Positions 11,305-21,786 are shown, counted from the first letter of the stretch. The stretch: 32,000 nt of DNA from a cyanobacterium endosymbiont of Epithemia turgida isolate EtSB Lake Yunoko (GCF_000829235.1 NZ_AP012549.1:2610001-2642000), one strand, 5' to 3'. The notes: generated by a model not told the origin, from the sequence alone. Numbers and translations: made by a program.

Positions 11305-11699
11305 TTTCTCATTATAAATTTACAGTAATTTTTAAGGGAACTTTTATGTTAATAGTTCAACATTAATTATCGAGTCTATTCTAGTTAAATAATGTTCTAA
11401 TTCTAGATCGTGAGTTTTTATACTAGAAACATACTTATCTATGGTAAAGGCATTGATACGATGAATAACAAGAATTTATTTAATAGTATTTTTTCTAGAT
11501 AATCTATCTTATCTAAAGATGTTTAGATTATACACTAATAGTAGTATTTACGTAGATAACAGTATTGATATAGACATTCTTTAATGTTTTACAACCGAAA
11601 GTAATCGTCAAAAAGTGTATATCATTAACTTCTTAAAAATAAAATTTGTATTAGACTACAAAAAATTTACCACGTTTTCCATTCGACATAAAAAAAACA

Positions 11700-11930
11700 G
11701 TAAATTAATTGACCCTAATGATAAATATCTAAAACGATTGGAGTAAACTGTAAACGGATACTGACGGTTTAAAATAACAAGTAAAAATCAAAGAAAACTA
11801 AGGATAAACTTACCCAAGGTTGTACTACAATCAACACGATAGCCGCCACTATTAAAGCTAAGGTAATTTTATAATTGGGAGCAAGTTAAATGGTTTTATC
11901 GAGAACGGAGGAAGAAGTAACAGACATCAT
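11700..11930 (-). pseudogene. decayed small membrane-protein gene
   Basis: Minus-strand frame from ATG 11930 reads MMSVTSSSVLDKTI*LAPNYKITLALIVAAIVLIVVQPWVSLSLVFFDFYLLF*TVSIRLQFTPIVLDIYH*. A single frame shows clear TM-helix character but is broken by three stops. Confidence 0.4.
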
Positions 11931-12256
11931 AGAAAATTATAGATTACAATAATAAACTTGTCTGTTTTACAGGATAGCACTGCTAGATTCTACTTGAAAT
12001 GAAAATAGCAAAACAGCGTAGAATGGAGTTCTGGATATAATAATTACATTTTTTCTCGAATATTATCAATCTTCTCAGTTTGGCTATTTCGATGGGGTTA
12101 AAGTAGAAGATAGGATTGATAAACCCAGCTTTAGCTTCAATGATGACCTAGTTTATCCCTTTTGGAATATAATCGGTATTTAGTTAAGCTATTTAATGAT
12201 TTAACTAATATTTAACTTAATGTTACTTGTTTAAATTTTATCATAAAAAATATAGT

Positions 12257-12481
12257 ATGAGTGCATTTTTGCAATTGCAGAATTCTAAATTAGACGCAAT
12301 ATTTGCTTGGAGTAAAAAAGAGCAAGAGATAATACCCGCTCAATCTTGGTTAGCTATCTTAGAAATATTTATTCAACAAATTTATATAAAATATGCTTAT
12401 AAAACTTTTCAAACTATCAGAGAGTATGACTTGAATCAAGAGACAATCGCAGAATTAACTGTTTATCAAAAACTAATTTAA
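12257..12481 (+). CDS. hypothetical small protein (possibly a surviving gene fragment)
   Basis: The track ORF 12227-12481 starts at TTG, and the first ATG is at 12257 (MSAFLQLQNSKLDAIFAWSKKEQEIIPAQSW...). I recognise no motif. It is very AT-rich and sits just upstream of a dead methyltransferase gene. Confidence 0.3.
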   Translation: MSAFLQLQNSKLDAIFAWSKKEQEIIPAQSWLAILEIFIQQIYIKYAYKTFQTIREYDLNQETIAELTVYQKLI

Positions 12482-12679
12482 AATCTTTCTCAAGCTTTAA
12501 TATTTTTAAATCATAAAAGTTTTAAAATTTTCTTCCAATGATTTCGTAGCTTTATTGAGAAAAGTAAAGTAAGGAAATTGAATTGTGTAAATTATGTCTT
12601 TAAAACAAAAAAATTATGCTTTAACTGTTTCAAACACATAAACTTCAAAAGTATTTATCAATTAGTTGATAGCGATTAA

Positions 12680-13354
12680 AAGTTCATACAAATTGTTAAT
12701 AAACTCGAAGCTTTAGGGCTATTAAACCCAGAGATAAATTATCTAGATTGGGGAAACTTTAAAAAGTTAGTTCCCGTTTGTTACTTATTCAGTTTAACGC
12801 GAGGTACTCCTATTGATCGTTACTATCTGAGTCAATTTATTGAAGAAATTAGAGAAGAAATTCAAGGAAAGATTTTAGAAATAGGAGCAATTCTCAAAGA
12901 TCGAGATTTTTATGAAGTGAACTTCCAATATTTTGATCAAGTCCTGAATTTGTAACCAGGGTTAAGAATAGATATTGTGGGAGATATTCATGATTTTTCC
13001 GTGGTAGAACCAGAATCAGTAGATTGAGTGATTATTTTTAATGTTTTAGAACATTGCTATACTCCTTGGATAGCGGGTCAGAATATTTATAGATGCCTAA
13101 AAATTGGAGAAAAATATTTCGCAATGGTCCCCAATGCTGTAATAATTCATGGAACTCCCGTTGATTAATGACGACTTTTACCTGATGGAATGAAGTATTT
13201 ATTCAAAGATTTCTCTGAACAAAAATTATACATTTATGGTAATCTCATCACTCTCATTGCTAGTTATCATAGTATTGCAACTGAAGAATTGTCTCCAGAA
13301 GAAATCAATAATTTTAATCCCAATTATCCTGTTACTATCTGTATAGTAGCATAA
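12680..13354 (+). pseudogene. class I SAM-dependent methyltransferase pseudogene (four in-frame stops, frame otherwise intact)
   Basis: A single frame reads ...LNPEINYLDWGNFKKLVPVCYLFSLTRGTPIDRYYLSQFIEEIREEIQGKILEIGAILKDRDFYEVNFQYFDQVLNL*PGLRIDIVGDIHDFSVVEPESVD*VIIFNVLEHCYTPWIAGQNIYRCLKIGEKYFAMVPNAVIIHGTPVD**RLLPDGMKYLFKDFSEQKLYIYGNLITLIASYHSIATEELSPEEINNFNPNYPVTICIVA*. The stops are at 12953, 13025, 13166 and 13169. The pattern RGTPIDRYY...ILEIG...DIVGD...D.II...L.H...LK.GG...D.WR(F)T matches the methyltransferases often found beside glycosyltransferases. Confidence 0.75.
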
Positions 13355-13412
13355 AAATGACTAGCCTCATTGGGTAATCATTTGAACCTGGTTTTCTCTT
13401 AATACTTAAGCC

Positions 13413-14063
13413 ATGAATAATTTTAATTTTTCTTTTATTCCTGAAGTTTCTGTGATCTTAACGACCTATAATCGAGCCGAATATTTAACAGGATGTATTC
13501 AAAGTGTCCTTGAGCAAACTTATCAAAATTGGGAATTTATTATTGTTGATGATGGCAGTCAAGATCATACATTTGAAATTGTAAATCCTTATCTTGAAAA
13601 ATTTTCCAATATTCGTTATTTTAAACATAATAATAGAGGGGCAGCACTATCAAGAAATGTAGGGATTAAAGCCTCTTTTGGAGATTATATAACTTTTATC
13701 GATAGCGATGATCAATATCTTTACAATCACTTACAATCGAAACTAGACTTTTTTGAAAAACATCCAGAAATTGAGCTAATTGCAGGGGGATTTAAACTCA
13801 ATCAAGAAACATGGGTTACAGACTATTATAATCCTGACCAAAAAGTTAATATCCAAAACTGTGTTATTTGTCCGACCTTGTTTGGCAGAAGATATGTCTT
13901 TTTCGAATTACAAGGGTTTCAAAATATTCTCTATGGAGAAGACACAGACTTATGGGAACGTGCTGGGAACAAGTTTAAAATACAAAAAATTGTTGAACCG
14001 TTAACTTATCTGTATACTAGAGCAGCCGATAGTGTTTCAAGACAGTTTTCTCATGACTTTTAA
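13413..14063 (+). CDS. family 2 glycosyltransferase
   Basis: 216-aa ORF with an N-terminal GT2 signature: VSVILTTYNRAEYLTGCIQSVLEQTYQNWEFIIVDDGSQD and FIDSDD (DXD). It is short for a GT2 but has no internal stops. It overlaps the rnc start. Confidence 0.8.
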   Translation: MNNFNFSFIPEVSVILTTYNRAEYLTGCIQSVLEQTYQNWEFIIVDDGSQDHTFEIVNPYLEKFSNIRYFKHNNRGAALSRNVGIKASFGDYITFIDSDDQYLYNHLQSKLDFFEKHPEIELIAGGFKLNQETWVTDYYNPDQKVNIQNCVICPTLFGRRYVFFELQGFQNILYGEDTDLWERAGNKFKIQKIVEPLTYLYTRAADSVSRQFSHDF

Positions 14064-14772
14064 TGATCCTCGGCGTAATAAACAATTACAAATGTTAATA
14101 CAAAAACTGGGGTTATCTGACACCTCACAGATTAATTGGTCATGGTTAGATCTTGCATTGACTCATCCTACTATTTCCAAGGAAAATAACTATCAACAAC
14201 TGGAATTTGTGGGAGATTCCGTAGTAAGACTTGCAGCCGCTGAAATACTTTTAGAAACCTATCCAAATGAGTCTGTAGGAGAATTTGCGGCTCTACGTTC
14301 TATGATGGTCAGCGATCGCACTCTAGCTCAATTTGCCGATAGTTTTGGGTTAGAACGCTATCTCCTGATGGCTGATCATGTAGTTAGAGATGAGGCCGGA
14401 AAGGTTTCTCGTCTAGCAGATGCCTTTGAAGCGGTTTTAGGCGCACTATATTTGAGTACCCAAACCATGAGTTTAGTGCGCCCCTGGTTAGATGATCTTT
14501 TGAGAGCCAAAGCTGAAGAAATTCGACAGGATCCGGCTCGCCAAAACTATAAAGATGCTCTACAAGAATGGACTCAGGCTCAGTATAAACTCCTACCAGA
14601 ATATAGAGTTCAAAGGCTAAACTCTGTACCGACTAGTCAACCTAGTTTTCTAGCTGAAGTTTGGCTCGTAAACCGTAAATTAGGATCAGGACAGGGTCGT
14701 TCTAAAAAAATAGCTGAACAAGCTGCGGCTCAAGAAGCTTTCTTTAAGTTCGTTAATGTTTGTAATACTTAA
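14053..14772 (+). CDS. rnc: ribonuclease III
   Basis: RNase III signature LEFVGDSVVRLAAAEIL plus the AFEAVLGALYL catalytic region. The C-terminal part looks like a dsRBD (KDALQEW...GSGQGRSKKIAEQAAAQEA). The track ORF begins at GTG 14032. ATG 14053 (MTFNDPRRNKQL) is my preferred start and overlaps the GT2 stop by 11 nt. A HIP1 site lies at 14312-14319. Confidence 0.9.
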   Translation: MTFNDPRRNKQLQMLIQKLGLSDTSQINWSWLDLALTHPTISKENNYQQLEFVGDSVVRLAAAEILLETYPNESVGEFAALRSMMVSDRTLAQFADSFGLERYLLMADHVVRDEAGKVSRLADAFEAVLGALYLSTQTMSLVRPWLDDLLRAKAEEIRQDPARQNYKDALQEWTQAQYKLLPEYRVQRLNSVPTSQPSFLAEVWLVNRKLGSGQGRSKKIAEQAAAQEAFFKFVNVCNT

Positions 14773-16353
14773 GTAAATTCAACGAAGAGTTGAAACCCCA
14801 AATTTTATTTTTGAAGGCAACAGAGCGATTCAAATTAATGAAAAAAGTAGTCAATCTCTGATGGAGTGTAGCTTTAAGTCAACTATCCTTGAGGAAGTAC
14901 GACCCGTTCTTAACAAGAGACTCCTAAGTTTAGGTATATTTCTAAGGTTATAAGTCCAAAAAATTATATGATTAACAATTAAGTAGTTGTTTTGCTTATG
15001 TTAAGAAATACAAATTTTTATGAAAATCACTTATCTACATATAACAGAAGCTGTGCAGTCCAAGTAAATAAGTGGGTTTAGATAAGCGTAAAATAGAAAA
15101 ATAGTCAGGAAAAAGTGATTTCTAAACGCCAGCCAGCCTAAAAATTTAGTTGACAAAATTAGAATAACAAAAACTATCAAATTAAACTTGCCCATAAAAA
15201 TCTTCTTCAGCAGGAGAACAAGAGCAGAAATATTATGTTTAAATCCAAGAGGATAAAAGGTTAATTTTTTTAACCTTTTTTTAAAAAATGCAATTTGGAA
15301 AACAATTTCTAGACAAATTCTTCATAAAAGACAAAGATTGTGAGCTTCTCTGAGATATGAAAGAGTAAGAATTAGGAAATAAGAAGATGTAAAATATTTT
15401 GAAAGGCTTTAAGAAAAGGATAAAAAAAACTTATATTATCTCAGGTTTTCAGAAAAGAGAGAAAAGTCAAATTAACTTCTGGAGAAATATGTAAAACTCT
15501 TGAAAATGGTACCGGAAATAGAAAATAACAAAAGTGAAGACGATAATTGCTCCATGTACTAAGGAAAAACTTAAAAAGTAGAAAAATTTTAGATAAAGAG
15601 ACAGATAAAGTTGAAAATAGAACAAAGACAAAAGAATAGACACGTGAACTGTTCTTGATAATTATTCATTCTTCAATACATACAAGTAATTTAGTTAGAG
15701 CAAATCTGAAATGATAGAGAAAAAAATAATGTTTATTTTTTTCTCTGCTTGTAGTCCATAACTGAATATAATAGAAGTGAAATAGTTTAAAATAAATAAC
15801 AATCATGAAACAGGTTTTATCAATGGAGTAATTTCTTAAAATTAAATATTAATTTAACAAGTAAACAAATATTAATGATTGCTTAAATATATAGGTAAAA
15901 AATAGTTTGCATTTTTAACGTTTATTTAAAGCTATTTACCTAGACATATTATCTAATATAAATATACTTTTTTATAGAACAAATTCTAAAATTTTTATGA
16001 ATTTACACGAAACATCACTTCAAATAAATTTTATTTTTTAAAGTAAATTTTCTTAGGCAATCATTACATATTACGCTAATGGCAATCTATATAGATTAAG
16101 AGAGTTTTTATTACAGCAATAATTTATTACCAATGAACAGTGCTATAAAATGGTTTTTGGTTGATTGACGAGGTTAGTACTGTATAAAATAACAAAAACT
16201 ACCTAAAAGTTTAATGAGAGTTAAGCTCCATGTAGGTTAGCAATAACACCTGTCAGGAAAACGTAATTTAGTATCAATAAGTTGACTAAAATATATAAAG
16301 AATTCATGGGAAAATAGAAGAGTGAATTGAGTCTTATCTAGCGTATATGTAAT

Positions 16354-16794
16354 ATGATTCGTTTATGGTTACATTTTGTATTAACGACTATTTTAATTAG
16401 CCTAAGTAGCTTAATTGTCGCTTGTAATTCTCCAACTCCCCCAACAGAATTTGCCCCTGATGGAGAAATAGTTGAAAAAGCGATTGTCTTACAACTATCT
16501 CAAAACTTCCAGAGTTTGAGCAATCAGTTAAACACAACTCCTCCCCAGCTTAAAATTAATCAAATTCAAGTTAAGCAACTAGACTCAATTTTAGTAGAAC
16601 AGTTATTCACTTATCACCTTCAGGGAACTTACAATTTAAAATTGATGTTTTCTCGTCAAATAAAAGAACAGAAAAAGAATCGATTTGACATTTATCTACA
16701 ACGACAAATAGAAGGGGAAACCTGGCGTTTACTAAAGAGAGAATATAATCTTTCCTATGAAACTACCCAATGGAAAAGTTATTTAATAAGATAA
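16354..16794 (+). CDS. conserved hypothetical lipoprotein
   Basis: 146-aa ORF with a signal peptide and lipobox (LSSLIVA-C-N). The remainder resembles a small cyanobacterial lipoprotein family (APDGEIVEKAIVLQLSQ...YLQRQIEGETWRLL). There are no internal stops. Confidence 0.65.
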   Translation: MIRLWLHFVLTTILISLSSLIVACNSPTPPTEFAPDGEIVEKAIVLQLSQNFQSLSNQLNTTPPQLKINQIQVKQLDSILVEQLFTYHLQGTYNLKLMFSRQIKEQKKNRFDIYLQRQIEGETWRLLKREYNLSYETTQWKSYLIR

Positions 16795-16889
16795 AAGAAC
16801 AAAAAGGTCTTAAGTTAGATGGATTTTTTCGGATTTTACGAAGTTTCATTACATTTTTCAAAATACTTTCTTAGAGATTTGGTTATAAA

Positions 16890-17677
16890 GGCGGCTACTA
16901 ACTTCAACTAGAGTTAATATTGATTAACTAAACTGTTTGCTCCCCCGTTATTGAACATTATTTTAAGGACATCCTTTCCTCATAACCCTCATCCAAAGAT
17001 GGATTAGGATGTATTAGTCACTGCCAAAATACATCATTTTTTTTCCTTTGAAAAAATTTAAAAATAGAGGTGAATAGATCACGTCGCACTCACAAGAAGA
17101 GCGATAAATCTCTTCTACTAAGCGATCAGTTACTGCAATGCAATCAAGATAAACTTTTTTGATAATCCTACAAATATTAGCTGAGCAACACATATTTTTG
17201 AAATAAAAAGATAACCATCCCAAGGTTGTAAGAGAATAGGAGGAATTAACTTTTCTAATAAATTATATTTTTGGAATGGGAGCTCGATAAAAGAACGTAT
17301 ACTATCCAGTAAAAATAATCCGGATTGCTGTATCCGGACATCAAGCCGCTAAAAATTAAAGCAGCATATTTCTTTAAGAAATCACACGCCGGAACCATCG
17401 GTTGTCTGATAACCTTTTATAATAAAATTTTGCAACTGATTGCACCTAAGGTAGTAACTTTGAGCTCAATTTAACTTGGCGTACTGTCCAAATTCTGATA
17501 GATTAATCACTCATATCTTAAAGTCTTTTTGTAATTGGTAATTGTCTAATATTTTTACGCCAGCGATTCGGTAGAAGCGCCAAATCCATAAAACAGAAGT
17601 ATTGAATGGCCTTGCCATCGCCAATAATTTCCAGGAACTGAAGATATTGATATAACAGAAGCTAACTGCATAACCAT
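16890..17677 (-). pseudogene. alpha/beta-hydrolase pseudogene (multiple frameshifts and stops)
   Basis: The minus strand from ATG 17677 reads MVMQLASVISISSVPGNYWRWQGHSILLFYGFGASTESLA*. After a frameshift it reads WRKNIRQLPITKRL*DMSD, and in other frames LSEFGQYAKLN, CPDTAIRIIFTG and ANICRIIKKVYLDCIAVTDRLVEEIY. These mirror the cyanobacterial hydrolase blocks YW.W.GH.I...L..HGFGAS..HWR.NI..L, DL.GFG.SAKP, PD.V.GL.L and AVTDELVE.I. The track ORF 17014-17223 is one surviving fragment of this gene. Confidence 0.7.
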
Positions 17678-17791
17678 ATTACAAAATATTAATTGATGTT
17701 AACTTATTTATTTTGACTCGTATTGTCCTAAGTATCTTTCTCTTAACTAAAACAGAGTAGAATAAAAAGGTCGTACTCGGTAGAATATTAA

Positions 17792-19087
17792 GTGATTGAG
17801 CGTTACACTATTCCCGAAATGGGGGAACTATGGACAGATACTTATAAGCTAAAAACTTGGCTACAAGTAGAGATTGCTGTATGTGAAGCACAAGCAGAAT
17901 TAGGTTATATTCCCCGAGATGCAGTAGAAGAGATAAAAACCAAGGCTAATTTTAATCTTCAACGGGTTCTAGAAATTGAGACCGAAGTCCGCCATGATGT
18001 TATTGCTTTTTTAACCAATGTTAATGAGTATGTAGGAGATGCGGGGCGATATATTCATCTAGGGTTAACCAGTTCCGATGTCCTTGATACAGCCTTAGCT
18101 CTTCAAATGGTTGCCAGTCTCGACTTGATTTTAGAACGTCTAGAAGATTTAGGACAAGTTCTTCGCTACCAAGCGCAAGAGCATCGTAATACTGTGATGG
18201 TAGGAAGATCACACAGTATTCATGCTGAACCTATTACTTTTGGTTTTAAATTGGCAGGATGGTTAGCCGAAGTCTTGCGGAACCGTGATCGTTTAGTAAA
18301 CCTACGCACTAATATTTCGGTGGGAAAAATTTCGGGGGCAGTGGGAACCTATGCCAACATCGATCCGAGTGTAGAAGCCATTACCTGTCAGAAATTGGGA
18401 CTTCAACCTGACACCGCTTCAACTCAGGTAGTCTCGCGTGATCGCCATGCTGAATTTACCCAACAATTGGCCTTGTTAGCTGCTTCTGTCGAACGGTTTG
18501 CGGTAGAAATTCGCAATCTTCAACGTACTGATGTCTTAGAAGTCGAAGAATTTTTTTATGAGGGACAGAAAGGCTCTTCTGCTATGCCCCACAAGCGCAA
18601 CCCCATCCGTTCAGAACGCTTAACTGGGATCGCTCGTATTATTCGAGGATATACCGTTGCTGCTTTAGAAAACGTAGCTCTATGGCATGAAAGGGACATT
18701 TCCCATAGTTCGGTGGAACGGGTTATGTTGCCAGATGTCTGTATCTTAACCCATTTTATGTTGTTTGAAATTACTAATTTGGTGAAGAACTTATTAATTT
18801 ATCCCGAAAATATGAAGCGCAATATGAATATTTATGGCGGAGTTATTTTTAGTCAACGGGTATTATTAACCTTGGTAGAAAAAGGTATGAGTCGGGAAAA
18901 TGCTTACAAAACTGTTCAAAGATGTGCTCATCAAGCTTGGAATAAAATTGATGGCGACTTTCATGGATTAATTAAGCAAGATCTCCAAGTGACTCAATAT
19001 TTATCTACTGAAGAAATTGATAGTTGCTTTGATCCTCAATATCATTTACAGAATTTAGATCGAGTCTATCAACGACTAGGAATTTAG
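17792..19087 (+). CDS. purB: adenylosuccinate lyase
   Basis: 431 aa with a GTG start (MIERYTIPEMGELW, the typical PurB N-terminus). It carries the fumarate-lyase family signature GSSAMPHKRNP. Full length. Confidence 0.95.
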   Translation: MIERYTIPEMGELWTDTYKLKTWLQVEIAVCEAQAELGYIPRDAVEEIKTKANFNLQRVLEIETEVRHDVIAFLTNVNEYVGDAGRYIHLGLTSSDVLDTALALQMVASLDLILERLEDLGQVLRYQAQEHRNTVMVGRSHSIHAEPITFGFKLAGWLAEVLRNRDRLVNLRTNISVGKISGAVGTYANIDPSVEAITCQKLGLQPDTASTQVVSRDRHAEFTQQLALLAASVERFAVEIRNLQRTDVLEVEEFFYEGQKGSSAMPHKRNPIRSERLTGIARIIRGYTVAALENVALWHERDISHSSVERVMLPDVCILTHFMLFEITNLVKNLLIYPENMKRNMNIYGGVIFSQRVLLTLVEKGMSRENAYKTVQRCAHQAWNKIDGDFHGLIKQDLQVTQYLSTEEIDSCFDPQYHLQNLDRVYQRLGI

Positions 19088-20577
19088 GAATTATCTTTCC
19101 AGACTCAGAACTTATACCTTAATTAATATAAATCTTCAGAAGGTTCTTGATGTTGCTGTAATAAACTTTCTAATGCTACTCATTATTGAGACACGAGTTC
19201 GACAGTGATCCAGACTCCTGTTGTTTTTGACCAACAGGAGATACAGAAAACTTACTTTCTGTTCCTAAATTGAGAAAAGGATTTTATCATTAACTATTTT
19301 CATTAAAAAATACTTACAAAGTTAAATTGTATTAATTAGATTAAGTTAAATTATAGTTGTGATAAATTTTTAACTCCTAAGTCTCTTGACTTGACATCTA
19401 ATTAGTTGATCCTATAGTAGAATCCCCTCATTACCAGTCAATGTTTAACAAGTAAATCATTTTGTATTTAAGGAAATAGAGTTATGCTTATAGGCTTGAT
19501 AATAATTTTAGAAGTTATTCCTCACTAATATACCAGACTTAGTATAGAAGAGCTCATTTATATCGCTTTAATTGATATTTGATTAGAGTAACTTCTTTAA
19601 TAAAGATTTTTTAACTGCCTTAGCTAAATCATATTTATCTTCAAACATTCTTCTGAAAATCTTATGAACTTTTATTTTATGCTATCCTCATTTGATTATA
19701 TTTAGTTCTGGACTAGAAGTTGTCATAAAACATAGATATTTTTTCCCTTCCATTGTTTAAATTTTACTTTAACTAAAACCCTTATAGGCATTGAGTTATG
19801 AGTTATGTTTAAACAACAATTTAAGTATCTATTTTTTCGTATCTACTATATTTTAAAAGCCTAATCTGCCTCTCAATTTATTTTTGTTTCTTGATAGACG
19901 AATTCTTATATTGACTCTTTTCTCTTTATCAGTCTTTTTTTTTAGAATTTTACGTATGAGAGTTGATTTAACTTTTACCTCTTGTTTAAAAATTTCAAAT
20001 ATTTCACAACTATTAAAAGCAAGCTTTCTTCTTCTTTTTTGAGAGCCATTTAAAGTATTTTATACTTTTTATATCAAAGTTGTTTTACTCATTAAATAAT
20101 CAATTATAAAGTTATTCTTATAATTAAATTATATGATAGTTTCACTCAATCTACAATTCCTCTAACTTTCTATTATCTTGGATTTAAACATAATATTTCT
20201 ACTCTGATTCTCGTTCTTAAAAAAAATTAAAGTTGCAAGTTAACTTTGATAATTATTTATTTTCTAATAAATAGAAAAGTAATTATAAAAATGTTTAACA
20301 CCATTCATGAAAAACTTAACATAAATGGCGATTATACAAACCTTGCCAATAATTAATTTATCGTTAATAACATTAAAGTAGTAAAAGTAAAGAACATTTT
20401 TTTAGGGTTTTAAAAATCATCATAATAAATTAAATATTAAAAAATAAATGCTTACCATTTTCTGAAGAATAGAGCTCATTAGGCTTGGGACGAGTCATTA
20501 CGACTGATATTTATATCAATCAATATCAGCTTATGTCATTATTGTTCTAACAGTCAGGTTTCTAATCCTTTTAAAAA

Positions 20578-21069
20578 TTAGCTAGGATTAATCCACATTA
20601 AAGTTTGTCCATATTCTACCGGTTCCCCATTAGCGATCAAAATTTCCATGATCTCTCCGGCTACTTCTGCGTCAATGTCATTCATCAACTTCATCGCTTC
20701 AACAATACAAACCGTTTGGCCGTTACTAATACAATCACCTACCTCGACAAAAGGAGACTCATTAGGGGTAGAAGCTCGGTAAAATGTCCCTACCATCGGA
20801 GAAGTAATCTCTACCCACTTTTTCTCAATAGGAGAAGATACAGAGGGTTTAAGAGGTTCAGATGAGGGGGGTATAGTAGAAGTTTCCGCCGTCACGAGAG
20901 AAGAGTGAACAGTAGCAGGAGGAGATAACACAGTTGACGAAACCGGAATGTTGCTGTTTCCTCGACGTACTGTCAGTTCAAACGTTTCAGTTTTTAGAAT
21001 AACTTCTGCAATATCTGTTTGAGCGATCGCTCCTAACAGTTCTTTAAGTTCATTGAAGTTGATCGACAC
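20578..21069 (-). CDS. accB: acetyl-CoA carboxylase biotin carboxyl carrier protein
   Basis: 163 aa with a GTG start. It has a P/S/T-rich linker and a C-terminal biotinyl domain with the EAMKLMN biotinylation motif. A HIP1 site lies at 21023-21030. It is co-oriented downstream of efp, the conserved efp-accB pair. Confidence 0.92.
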   Translation of the reverse strand: MSINFNELKELLGAIAQTDIAEVILKTETFELTVRRGNSNIPVSSTVLSPPATVHSSLVTAETSTIPPSSEPLKPSVSSPIEKKWVEITSPMVGTFYRASTPNESPFVEVGDCISNGQTVCIVEAMKLMNDIDAEVAGEIMEILIANGEPVEYGQTLMWINPS

Positions 21070-21154
21070 AAATCATCCATCCCATAAAGTTAATAGAAGG
21101 GCAGTTATCCAAAATAATGACAACCGACACAGAGTAAATTCCAATATTTTAAAG

Positions 21155-21712
21155 TTATGTCCGTCCTAAATAAGAGCCGTCGCGGGTATCTACTTTAATT
21201 TTTTCACCAATAGAAATAAACAGAGGAACCATAACTTGCGCTCCTGTTTCAATAATAGCTGGTTTTGTACCACCGGTTGCCGTATCTCCTTTAACCCCTG
21301 GATCGGTGTCAATTACTTCTAACATCACCGATGCTGGAAGTTGAACTTCCAACACCTGATCATTCCAAAAAAGTATATCAGCCTCCATTTCTTCTTTGAT
21401 GTAATTGACTGCTGTTCCCATCTGTTCTGGAGTTAAGCGCACTTCCTCAAAGGTTTGCATATCCATAAAGATGTATTGTCCACCATCTTTATAGGTATGT
21501 TGCATGGTGTGTTTTTCCAAGTTGGCTGAGGGGACGGTTTCCCCCGCACGAAAAGTACGTTCCACAACGCTTCCGGTTTGTGCATTTTTTAATTTAGTTC
21601 GCACAAACGCCGACCCCTTACCAGGTTTAACGTGTAGAAATTCTATAACACGCCATACTGTCCCATCTAATTGGATAGTGGTACCCGTCCGAAAATCATT
21701 ACTAGAAATCAT
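21155..21712 (-). CDS. efp: translation elongation factor P
   Basis: 185 aa. It begins [17 protein letters not shown] and carries the [16 protein letters not shown] loop and [11 protein letters not shown]. Full length. Confidence 0.95.
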   Translation of the reverse strand: MISSNDFRTGTTIQLDGTVWRVIEFLHVKPGKGSAFVRTKLKNAQTGSVVERTFRAGETVPSANLEKHTMQHTYKDGGQYIFMDMQTFEEVRLTPEQMGTAVNYIKEEMEADILFWNDQVLEVQLPASVMLEVIDTDPGVKGDTATGGTKPAIIETGAQVMVPLFISIGEKIKVDTRDGSYLGRT

Positions 21713-21786
21713 GAAATGCTTTGAGAGCCTAGAAATGTCAAGATTAATTGTACAAGAAATTGGGATTAGGAACTAGAGATTAAGGG

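Noticed and set aside
12953-13171. The idea that the in-frame TAA/TGA codons in the methyltransferase reflect stop-codon recoding or programmed readthrough.
   Set aside because: TAA, TGA and TAG all terminate the conserved genes in this window at the expected protein lengths. A tandem TAA-TGA is not a known recoding context. Pseudogenisation is the simpler explanation.
15255-15282. The A4GGTTAA-T5-TTAACCT4 palindromic hairpin flanked by A and T runs, a bidirectional-terminator look-alike. Similar weak A/T stems occur after the HerA-like gene (TAATCTAA and TTAGATTA, about 5553-5595) and after rnc (14778-14794).
   Set aside because: The stems are short or almost entirely A-T with only 1-2 G-C pairs. 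In DNA this AT-rich, such palindromes arise readily by chance. They are not reported as terminators.
17014-17223. A 69-aa ORF as an independent gene.
   Set aside because: It has a TTG start, and its sequence (…AVTDRLVEEIY…) is collinear with the middle of the alpha/beta-hydrolase relic spanning 16890-17677. It is a pseudogene fragment, not a gene.
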